Shown in pieces: positions 1 through 7,626 of a stretch of 53,638 nucleotides of DNA. Source of the stretch: Bacteroidales bacterium (GTDB taxonomy: Bacteria; Bacteroidota; Bacteroidia; Bacteroidales; UBA1556); the NCBI GenBank assembly GCA_023145955.1, contig JAGLDA010000004.1, positions 1 to 53,638 of the forward strand, given 5' to 3'. A program made the translations under genes and the position numbers. How positions within the stretch are numbered: position 1 is the first letter of the stretch; each line of letters starts with the position of its first letter. The notes beneath the pieces were generated by a model. That model ran no database searches. It worked only from the letters and a program-made list of their open reading frames with translations, and had not been told where the DNA came from.

Positions 1-11
1 TTTTTATATGC

Positions 12-1070
12 TTAGGTGTTGGCGTTAGTTATTTCTTCAATTATGCTTTCAATTCTGTCTGCAATATTCCGTATTACCACATCTTCTGTTTCAAAAAGTG
101 TTGGTTTTACACTAATGAAAAACCCTTTATTATTTGAATATGGAACCAAAATAAAATTGTGTTTTGCACATAAACTTTCAATTGATTTTGTCAATTTTTC
201 GGTTGTTGTCCATTCTTTCTTTTCTACGGTATTAATTGACAACCAAAAAGGTGTGTCTGCACATTTTTCCCACAAGTCTAATTTTAGAGCAAAATTCAAT
301 CCTAATTCTTTAGTTGAAAAATACCTATGGTAACCATATCTCTGCGGTGTTTTTACTAAACCTTTTGTTGATATTCCAATTTCTCTATTTTTTAATTCAT
401 CAACTACTTTATCAACTATTTCGTAATATGAATTAATGTTTTTCGGTATTTTCGGTGATAAATCTTCATCTGTTATTGGTTGGAAAGAATTTTGGTCAAT
501 CGTTTCGCAAAGCCCAATGATTTGGTTTAAGTCAGAAAGTAAACTTATATTATTTGTCTGCTCAATTTTTGATTTTAGAGAACTTAAAACTTCATTCCAA
601 CTTTTAATTATTATGTGCTTTTGTGAAGATTTTATTACAATACTTAAATTATCGCTATTAATTTCTAAATCTTGATGTTCTTCTAAAATTCGACTTTTAA
701 CTTCTTCAAATACTGTTCTTGTTCTTAATGTTGGTACAAGAAAAACTAATACAGTATTATCTTCCAACCTTTTTAAATATCCATTTGGTTGATTATGTGT
801 CAAAGAAGCCCAAAATTTCGCTTCAATTAGCAAAACTTCTTTTCCTGTTTCGTCTATTCCGCTTATATCAGGTCTTTCTAAATTTTTTCCGACATTTTGA
901 GTGTGATAGGTAAGGTCTGAAAATGTAAAATTCGTGTTAAATTTTATTATTTGGTTAATTACTTTTCTGCTTTCTAATGATTGTTTTAAAATATAAACTA
1001 AACCTTCAGACGCAATATCTTCTTGCGAGCCTTTAATTCTGTTGTAAAATTGTCCTAATAATGATTTCAT
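12..1070 (-). CDS. PD-(D/E)XK nuclease-fold protein, uncharacterised family
   Basis: 352-aa ORF. Its ATG at 1070 lies 2 nt after the stop of the upstream ORF. E22, D68 and E83-x-K85 in ERPDISGIDETGKEVLLIEAKFWA fit the restriction-endonuclease-like D..ExK core. The C-terminal ~200 aa have no motif I recognise. Confidence 0.55.
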   Translation of the reverse strand: MKSLLGQFYNRIKGSQEDIASEGLVYILKQSLESRKVINQIIKFNTNFTFSDLTYHTQNVGKNLERPDISGIDETGKEVLLIEAKFWASLTHNQPNGYLKRLEDNTVLVFLVPTLRTRTVFEEVKSRILEEHQDLEINSDNLSIVIKSSQKHIIIKSWNEVLSSLKSKIEQTNNISLLSDLNQIIGLCETIDQNSFQPITDEDLSPKIPKNINSYYEIVDKVVDELKNREIGISTKGLVKTPQRYGYHRYFSTKELGLNFALKLDLWEKCADTPFWLSINTVEKKEWTTTEKLTKSIESLCAKHNFILVPYSNNKGFFISVKPTLFETEDVVIRNIADRIESIIEEITNANT

Positions 1071-1072
1071 AC

Positions 1073-1384
1073 TTATTCTTTAAAATTTTCGGGAAGTCTT
1101 CCGCTTTTTTCTCTTTCGTGATATGTGTCTTCTGAAACGCAACGATTTATGATATTTTCCATATGCCAATAAGTAAAACCGTTATATTCAAAATAGATTT
1201 GTTTCGTTTTGTAGAAATAATCTTCATAACCAAAACTGTCAATATGGTCGGCTAATTGTAAATACAAATCATTATCAACTCTTTCTTGAACGATATATTC
1301 GTGAGGCCAAGTTTTGGCATAAGTTTTCGCAAAAATCCATTCTTGAATTTTGATAAATTTCTTTAATTTCTCGTTCAGTTCCAT
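1073..1384 (-). CDS. small aromatic-rich hypothetical protein, first gene of the nuclease pair
   Basis: 103-aa ORF with an ATG start, translationally coupled to ORF 12..1070. Distinctive W/Y/H-rich segments (TWPHEYIV, YFEYNGFTYWHMEN). I cannot assign a family. Confidence 0.5.
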   Translation of the reverse strand: MELNEKLKKFIKIQEWIFAKTYAKTWPHEYIVQERVDNDLYLQLADHIDSFGYEDYFYKTKQIYFEYNGFTYWHMENIINRCVSEDTYHEREKSGRLPENFKE

Positions 1385-1484
1385 TTTTTTGAATTAACGC
1401 CAACGACTGAATATAATGACCTTCCATTTATTGTCGTTTATTGTCATTTATAAACGGAAACTTCCATTTATTTCATTATAATAT

Positions 1485-1492
1485 CAAAACTA
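1485..1492 (-). promoter_or_regulatory. candidate Bacteroidota -7 box (TAgtTTTG on minus strand) for the 1384..12 operon
   Basis: The plus strand reads caaaacta, whose reverse complement TAGTTTTG matches TAnnTTTG. It lies about 100 nt upstream of the ATG at 1384. No clear -33 TTTG. Confidence 0.3.
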
Positions 1493-1616
1493 TAAACAGG
1501 GCTTTGGATTATATTAATTTTATTTCCTCTGTCATTATTTACATCTTTGATTTTAGTATGCCTACAAAGTTAATAAAAAAATAATACAAACAGTAAAAAG
1601 TTAGCACAAATAATTA

Positions 1617-1646
1617 TTTGTAGTTCAAAAATAATATATATCTTTG
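1617..1646 (+). promoter_or_regulatory. Bacteroidota sigma-A promoter (-33 TTTG / -7 TAtcTTTG) for the fadR-glpD-AGPS-like-FGGY operon
   Basis: TTTG at 1617-1620, an 18-nt spacer, then TATCTTTG at 1639-1646. It sits 32 nt upstream of the ATG at 1678. Confidence 0.45.
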
Positions 1647-1660
1647 TGGTCTGACCTCTA
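1644..1660 (+). promoter_or_regulatory. FadR-type palindromic operator candidate (TTGTGGTCTGACCTCTA)
   Basis: Perfect GGTC-N-GACC palindrome at 1648-1656. It overlaps the -7 box and predicted transcription start, and resembles the E. coli FadR box core TGGTCnGACC. Confidence 0.4.
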
Positions 1661-1677
1661 ACCAATAAAGAATAATT

Positions 1678-2370
1678 ATGCAAAAGAAGGAAAAACTATT
1701 AAAACCAGCACAATTTGCAGAAAATGAGATAATAAAAGCGATTGTAAGTAATGAATGGCCTGCTGGATATAAAGTAATCCCCGAGAGAGAATTGTCCGAG
1801 TTAATTGGTGTTACTCGCCCTACTCTTAGAGAAGTTTTACAGCGATTATCGAGAGATGGTTGGCTTACAATTACTCATGGCAGGTCAACAATAGTAAACG
1901 ATTATAAAACTAAAGGTGGTTTGGGGGTATTGAAAACATTAGTAAATCATTCAATGCTTTCATCGGCAAAACTAATTGAAGATTGGTTAGAGTTCCGTAT
2001 TCTAATATTACCAGGACTAGCAAAAAAGGCTATAGAAAAAGATTCGTCACAAATAGTAAAAATGCTAAATCAAGCTCCGAGTATAGAAGCAAAAAGTGAA
2101 GAATTTGCTAGATTTGATTGGGAAATTCAAATTCTACTAATTAACACAAGCGAAAATTCTATTGCGAAGATGCTGTATAATGATTTATCAAGTATTTATT
2201 ATAAAGAAAGCACTTTGTATTTCAATGATTTACATACTAAGAAGAAATCCTCACAATATTATAAATACCTATTGGATAGTATAATCTCTAATAAAGATAT
2301 TGGCAATATTGTAGAGCTAAGCATGATAGAAAGCTATAATATTTGGAAAAGGATAAATCAAAAAAAATAA
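1678..2370 (+). CDS. fadR: GntR-family fatty-acyl-CoA-responsive regulator FadR
   Basis: The N-terminus [34 protein letters not shown] is nearly identical to E. coli FadR ([34 protein letters not shown]). The C-terminal helical domain is colinear with the FadR acyl-CoA-binding domain. Confidence 0.75.
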   Translation: [230 protein letters not shown]

Positions 2371-2386
2371 TCATAAACAGAATATT

Positions 2387-4033
2387 ATGGATAGGTTTAT
2401 AAATAATTACCAAGGAAAGGAATTTGACCTAATAGTAATAGGAGGCGGAATAACTGGGGCAAGTGTTGCTTATGAAGCAGCATCTCGAGGGTTGGATGTT
2501 GCCTTATTAGAAAAATCTGATTTTGGTAGCGAAACTTCTGCCGCCACATCAAAAATGATTCATGGTGGCCTTCGATATCTTTCTACTTATGAGTTTGCAT
2601 TGGTACGAGAGTCATTAAAAGAAAGGCGCGTACTTATGAATATAGCACCTAACTTTATACACCCTGCCCCTTTTTTGTTTTCTAGCTATAAAAATGATAA
2701 AGTATCAGTAAACCAAATGAAATTGGGAATGATTTTATACGAAGCATTTTCTTTCGATAAAAACTGGATTTGGGACAAGAGTAAAAAAATGCCTAGTTAT
2801 AAAAGCTTAAGTGCCATAACTATAGAAGATAAATTTCCAAATGCACTAACTGAAAATTTGCTTGGTGGACAATTATACTATGACTGCGCAAGTCATTCAC
2901 CAGAAAGGTTTACTTTATCATTTATAAAATCAGCTGTACACTTTGGCGCCTCTGTGGCAAATTATGCTGAAATTACTGATTTTATTGTAGAGCCAAAAGG
3001 GCGAAAGAAAAAAATTGTAAAAGGGGTAAAAGTTATTGATAAAACTACTGGCGAAACCAAGAATATAAATGGCAAATTGGTAATCAACTGCGCAGGGCCG
3101 TGGGCTGATATTATTCTTGATAAGGTAAAAAAGCAACATGGCGATCAAGAATTACGACGCAGCGAAGGAATCCATTTTATTATTAATAAAGTGGTAGATG
3201 ATACAACATTTTCTGCCTACTCAAAAAGCGGACGCCATTTCTTTCTTTTTCCTTACCGAAATCACACCTTAGTTGGCACAACTGATAAAGAGTATATTGG
3301 TAAACCTAATAATTACAAGGTAACACGTGAAGCAATTGAAGGACTTATTGAAGAGGTTAACAGCGCCTTTGGTAAAAATACAAAAATAAAATACAAGGAC
3401 ATCCTTCATACTTATGGTGGTTTGCGACCATTAGTAGAAGATCAAACCGAAGAGAGTTATAAATCATCGCGTAAGTACGAAATTACTGGCGAAAAGAAGA
3501 ATGGCATTTCAGGATTAATAACTGTAGAAGGAGGTAAATTTACTACCAGTAGAATGCTTGCAGAAAAAGCAATAAATAAAGCCATTAGAATTCTTAAATA
3601 TCCGAGAGAAAAATCAATTTCGCAAAACACACAGCTATATGGTTGCAAAATAAAAAACCTTGCTAATTATATTATAAATAAACAAGAGGAGTATAAAAAT
3701 TACGATAAAGGTCAGATAGAATATCTTATTAAAAGCTATGGTACTGAGATTGATACAATTATTTCCCTTGCAAAAGAGGATGAACAATTAAATGAGGTAC
3801 TAAATGCCGATGGGGAGTTAATGGCACAAGTGAAATTTGCCATACAAAATGAGATGGCTATAAGTTTATCTGATATCATATTCCGCAGAACCGGAGTTGG
3901 CCTTTTAGGAAATCCTGGTAATAGTATTATTAATAAGGTAGCCAAATTAGCTGCTAATGAATTAAAATGGGATAAAGATAAATTAATAGAGGAAATAAAG
4001 ATGGTTGAAAAGACATTTGAAATACCTAGTTAA
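2387..4033 (+). CDS. glpD: FAD-dependent glycerol-3-phosphate dehydrogenase/oxidase (GlpD family)
   Basis: DLIVIGGGITGASVAYEAASRG dinucleotide fold followed by SKMIHGGLRYL, as in GlpD. Size is 548 aa with a C-terminal helical domain. It starts 17 nt after the fadR stop. Confidence 0.75.
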   Translation: MDRFINNYQGKEFDLIVIGGGITGASVAYEAASRGLDVALLEKSDFGSETSAATSKMIHGGLRYLSTYEFALVRESLKERRVLMNIAPNFIHPAPFLFSSYKNDKVSVNQMKLGMILYEAFSFDKNWIWDKSKKMPSYKSLSAITIEDKFPNALTENLLGGQLYYDCASHSPERFTLSFIKSAVHFGASVANYAEITDFIVEPKGRKKKIVKGVKVIDKTTGETKNINGKLVINCAGPWADIILDKVKKQHGDQELRRSEGIHFIINKVVDDTTFSAYSKSGRHFFLFPYRNHTLVGTTDKEYIGKPNNYKVTREAIEGLIEEVNSAFGKNTKIKYKDILHTYGGLRPLVEDQTEESYKSSRKYEITGEKKNGISGLITVEGGKFTTSRMLAEKAINKAIRILKYPREKSISQNTQLYGCKIKNLANYIINKQEEYKNYDKGQIEYLIKSYGTEIDTIISLAKEDEQLNEVLNADGELMAQVKFAIQNEMAISLSDIIFRRTGVGLLGNPGNSIINKVAKLAANELKWDKDKLIEEIKMVEKTFEIPS

Positions 4034-4070
4034 TATTTTATTTTATAATTTAACTAAATAATATAAGTAC

Positions 4071-4241
4071 ATGACAAAAACACTATGTTTGGGCTAAAGC
4101 CCATATAAGACACAACTTATTAGGCAGGACAATGTCATCCTGAGTTTATCGAAGGGAATGCCCTGCCTAATAAATACAAGATTCTGCGGGCTTTAGCCCA
4201 AACATAAAAACTAGTAAATTAGTTATTTATTTTTTTGTCAT
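4071..4241. repeat. 171-bp triple-nested inverted-repeat element (REP/MITE-like) inside the operon
   Basis: Three nested arm pairs are present.
- Outer arms: atgacaaaaa (4071-4080) / tttttgtcat (4232-4241).
- Middle arms, perfect 19 bp: tatgtttgggctaaagccc (4084-4102) / gggctttagcccaaacata (4188-4206).
- Inner arms, perfect 12 bp: ttattaggcagg (4117-4128) / cctgcctaataa (4162-4173).

The GC-richer core is gtcatcctgag..cgaagg. Confidence 0.8.
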
Positions 4242-4278
4242 TTACTAAGCTAAATACTAATAATTAACAACAATCGCA

Positions 4279-5955
4279 ATGAAAACACCAAAATGGATTA
4301 ATGAAGCTCCAAAAGAAGGCTCCTTTAGATCAATCTTTAAATATGGTGATCCTATGGGATTTAAACATCCAAATGATAGATTAATTGATGAGCTAAAAAA
4401 GAAGTTCAATCTATCTGATAATAGTTTTACCGAAATGGAATCAACAGGCAACAATATAATTTCACATAATATTGAAAGCAAGCTAAGCATTGAGCAAGTT
4501 GAGAAATTCATTAGTATTAGTGGTAAAGAAAATGTAAGTTCGAAAGAATATGATAGGCTATACTACTCTACTGGCAAAACTGTGGAAGAAGCCATGAATT
4601 TGCGACGTAGTATAATAAAAACCATAACCGATTTAGTAGTACACCCAAGGAATAAATCTGAGATTTCGGCGATTGTAATATATTGTAATGAGCAAAGGAT
4701 ACCTATTTATACTTTTGGTGGTGGCTCATCGGTAAATTTCGGTTTTTATCCAGAAAAAGGAGGTATTACTATAGTCATGAATACTCACCTTAACAATATT
4801 ATTAGCTTTAATGAAACTAACCAAACAGTAAGAGTAGAATCGGGTATGATGGGGCCTGATTTTGAGGAAGCACTTAATAATGCTCCAAAATTATATAATG
4901 CAAAAACTAGTTTTACCTGTGGCCATTTTCCACAATCATTTGAATATTCAACAGTTGGAGGTTGGTTTATCACTCTAGGTTCGGGGCAGCAATCATCCTA
5001 TTATGGTGATGCAGGGGAGCTTGTACTTGGTGTGGAAATGATTAGCCCAACAGGGAATATTATTACCAAAGAATATCCTGCTACAGCCAATGGACCAAAA
5101 ATATTGGATATTATTAAAGGTAGCGAAGGAATATATGGTATAATAGTAGAACTCACATGGAAGATTTATAAATATATGCCTGATAATCGCCAGCGATTTG
5201 GATATATATTCCCAAACTGGAAAGCAGGAGTTGATGCCTGTAGAGAGATATCGCAAGGAGAATTCGGTATGCCGGCAGTTTTTAGAATTTCTGATGCAGA
5301 AGAAACCCATCATGGGCTAAAATTATATGGAATAGAGAATACAATATTTGATAAAATAATGACTTTCCGAGCTTATAAACCAATGGAAAGGTGTCTATTT
5401 CTAGGTACTTCTGATGGAGATAAACATTTTACTAAAAACATTAAAAGAAAAGTACATAATATTTGCAAAAAGCATGGCGCTATGAACCTTACTTCATTTC
5501 CTGTAAAGAAATGGGAACCCGGAAGGTACCGCGATCCATACCTAAGAGAAGACCTTATGGATTATGGTATTATTATAGACACCTTAGAAACAGGAGTAAG
5601 TTGGGATCAGGTTCATGAAGTGCATCAGCAAGTTCGAGAGTTTATAAAAAGTAGACCCAATACAATTTGCATGACTCATGCCTCACATTTTTATGCTCAA
5701 GGAACAAATCTATATTTCATATTCATTATTAAGGAAGCCGATATAGATGCATACCGAGAATTTCAGGAAGCAATAATTGATAAAATTCATAAAAGTGGAG
5801 GCTCTCTATCGCATCACCATGGAGTTGGGCGAATGGTAGCAAAATGGATGCCTGAGCATTTAGGAGAAGAGCAAATGAATGTTCTTAAAGCATTGAAAAA
5901 GCATTTTGACCCTAATAATATTATGAATCCTGGAAAACAACTTCTTAATCAATAA
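4279..5955 (+). CDS. FAD-linked oxidase of the alkyl-dihydroxyacetone-phosphate synthase (AGPS)-like type
   Basis: 558 aa. PCMH-type FAD-binding region (IYTFGGGSSV, GSEGIYGII). The C-terminal SHHHGVG (HHH at nt 5812-5820) matches the AGPS catalytic HHH loop rather than the GEHGxG of GlcD/D-lactate dehydrogenases. SHFYAQGTNLYF lies upstream of it. Confidence 0.65.
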   Translation: MKTPKWINEAPKEGSFRSIFKYGDPMGFKHPNDRLIDELKKKFNLSDNSFTEMESTGNNIISHNIESKLSIEQVEKFISISGKENVSSKEYDRLYYSTGKTVEEAMNLRRSIIKTITDLVVHPRNKSEISAIVIYCNEQRIPIYTFGGGSSVNFGFYPEKGGITIVMNTHLNNIISFNETNQTVRVESGMMGPDFEEALNNAPKLYNAKTSFTCGHFPQSFEYSTVGGWFITLGSGQQSSYYGDAGELVLGVEMISPTGNIITKEYPATANGPKILDIIKGSEGIYGIIVELTWKIYKYMPDNRQRFGYIFPNWKAGVDACREISQGEFGMPAVFRISDAEETHHGLKLYGIENTIFDKIMTFRAYKPMERCLFLGTSDGDKHFTKNIKRKVHNICKKHGAMNLTSFPVKKWEPGRYRDPYLREDLMDYGIIIDTLETGVSWDQVHEVHQQVREFIKSRPNTICMTHASHFYAQGTNLYFIFIIKEADIDAYREFQEAIIDKIHKSGGSLSHHHGVGRMVAKWMPEHLGEEQMNVLKALKKHFDPNNIMNPGKQLLNQ

Positions 5956-6004
5956 ATATAGTTGAGCAATATAAACTACATTAGCACAAACAAAGCATAA
6001 GCCA

Positions 6005-7555
6005 ATGATATTATCAATAGACTGTGGAACTCAAAGTATTAGAGCATTACTATTCTCAACATCAGGGAAACTAATCGATAAGGAGCAGATATTTTACGAA
6101 GCTTATAATAGTCCCAAACCAGGATGGGCAGAGCAAGATACTGAGTTATACTGGAATGGTTTGAAAGAAGCAGTTATAAATCTTCAAAGTAGAAACAGTA
6201 TAGACTTTCCAAATATAAAGGGTATTGGAATCACTACATTGCGTAGCACTATGGTAAATGTAGATATCGAAGGAAATGTAATCCGGCCATCAATATTATG
6301 GTTGGACCAGAGAATGGCTAAGAATACTTATAAACCCAATTTACTATTACGCACAGCATTTAAACTTATTGGAATAGATAGTACCTTAAAAAAACTCGAA
6401 AAAAAAGGACAAAGTAATTGGATAAAGCAAAACCAGCCAGATATTTGGAAAAACACACATAAATATGTTAGCGTATCTTCATATTTAAATTTCAAACTTA
6501 GCGGTGAATATACGGACTCAGTGGCATCACAGATTGGGCATATACCTTTTAATTTCAAACAACAGCGGTGGGCAATTTCTTCTGACATATTAGAATTGAG
6601 CAAAGACCTATACCCTATTGAAAAAGAAAAACTTGCACCATTGGTAAAGCCTGGCAGTCAATCTGGAATTATTAGTGAAGAAATATCTAAAGAATTAGGA
6701 ATACCATTGGATACCCCTATAATAGCCTGCGGGTCGGACAAGGGTTGCGAAACTTTGGGAATGGGAGTAACAAATACAAAAATTGCTAGCCTAAGTTTTG
6801 GTACAACCGCGACAGTACAAACTACTACAAAAAAATATTTTGAACCCATAAAATACCTACCATCCTATCCTTCAGTCATTCCTGAGCATTGGAACCCAGA
6901 GATAGAAATATATCGTGGTTTTTGGATGATTAACTGGTTTAAAAATGAGTTTGCACTAAAAGAAGTACTACAAGCCAAGGAACTGAAAGTTAGTGCCGAG
7001 GAAATACTTAATGAGTTACTTCATAAATCTCCTCCTGGAGCAATGGGTCTTGTTATGCAGCCATATTGGACGCCAGGATTAGGAGAAAAAAATGCTAAAG
7101 GTTCAATTATTGGATTTGGTGATGTGCATAAGAAAGAGCATCTATATCGCTCAGTAGTTGAAGGAATATGCTTTGGATTGCTCGATGGAATGAAAAGACT
7201 TGAAAAACGTGGCAATTTAAAATTTGAAAAGGTTTCTGTTTCTGGTGGAGCATCGCAAAGTGATGAAATATGCCAAATTGCAGCAGATATTTTTAATTTA
7301 GAGTTGGTGAGAGGTAGCACCCACGAAACATCTGGCTTAGGTGCTGCAATTATTACTGCTTATGGTATTGGCGAGTATAAAACCATTGCTGAGGCAACTA
7401 AAACTATGGTGAATTATGCTGATATTTTTAAACCAAATTCAGATAATACGAAGTTATATAAAGCTCTTTTTGAGGATGTATATCTTAAAATGTATGACAG
7501 CTTGGAACCTCTATACAAGAGAATTAAAGATATTACTGGATATCCAGAAGAATAA
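6005..7555 (+). CDS. FGGY-family carbohydrate/polyol kinase, substrate unknown
   Basis: N-terminal ILSIDCGTQSIRALLF (FGGY phosphate-1 motif) and C-terminal VSGGASQSDEICQIAADIF. 516 aa. Not a canonical GlpK N-terminus. Confidence 0.75.
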   Translation: MILSIDCGTQSIRALLFSTSGKLIDKEQIFYEAYNSPKPGWAEQDTELYWNGLKEAVINLQSRNSIDFPNIKGIGITTLRSTMVNVDIEGNVIRPSILWLDQRMAKNTYKPNLLLRTAFKLIGIDSTLKKLEKKGQSNWIKQNQPDIWKNTHKYVSVSSYLNFKLSGEYTDSVASQIGHIPFNFKQQRWAISSDILELSKDLYPIEKEKLAPLVKPGSQSGIISEEISKELGIPLDTPIIACGSDKGCETLGMGVTNTKIASLSFGTTATVQTTTKKYFEPIKYLPSYPSVIPEHWNPEIEIYRGFWMINWFKNEFALKEVLQAKELKVSAEEILNELLHKSPPGAMGLVMQPYWTPGLGEKNAKGSIIGFGDVHKKEHLYRSVVEGICFGLLDGMKRLEKRGNLKFEKVSVSGGASQSDEICQIAADIFNLELVRGSTHETSGLGAAIITAYGIGEYKTIAEATKTMVNYADIFKPNSDNTKLYKALFEDVYLKMYDSLEPLYKRIKDITGYPEE

Positions 7556-7626
7556 TATTATTGGTTCTAAAGAGTTTCGTATGAGTTTTTAAATAATCAT
7601 TCGATTAACATACTTTAATCAATATT

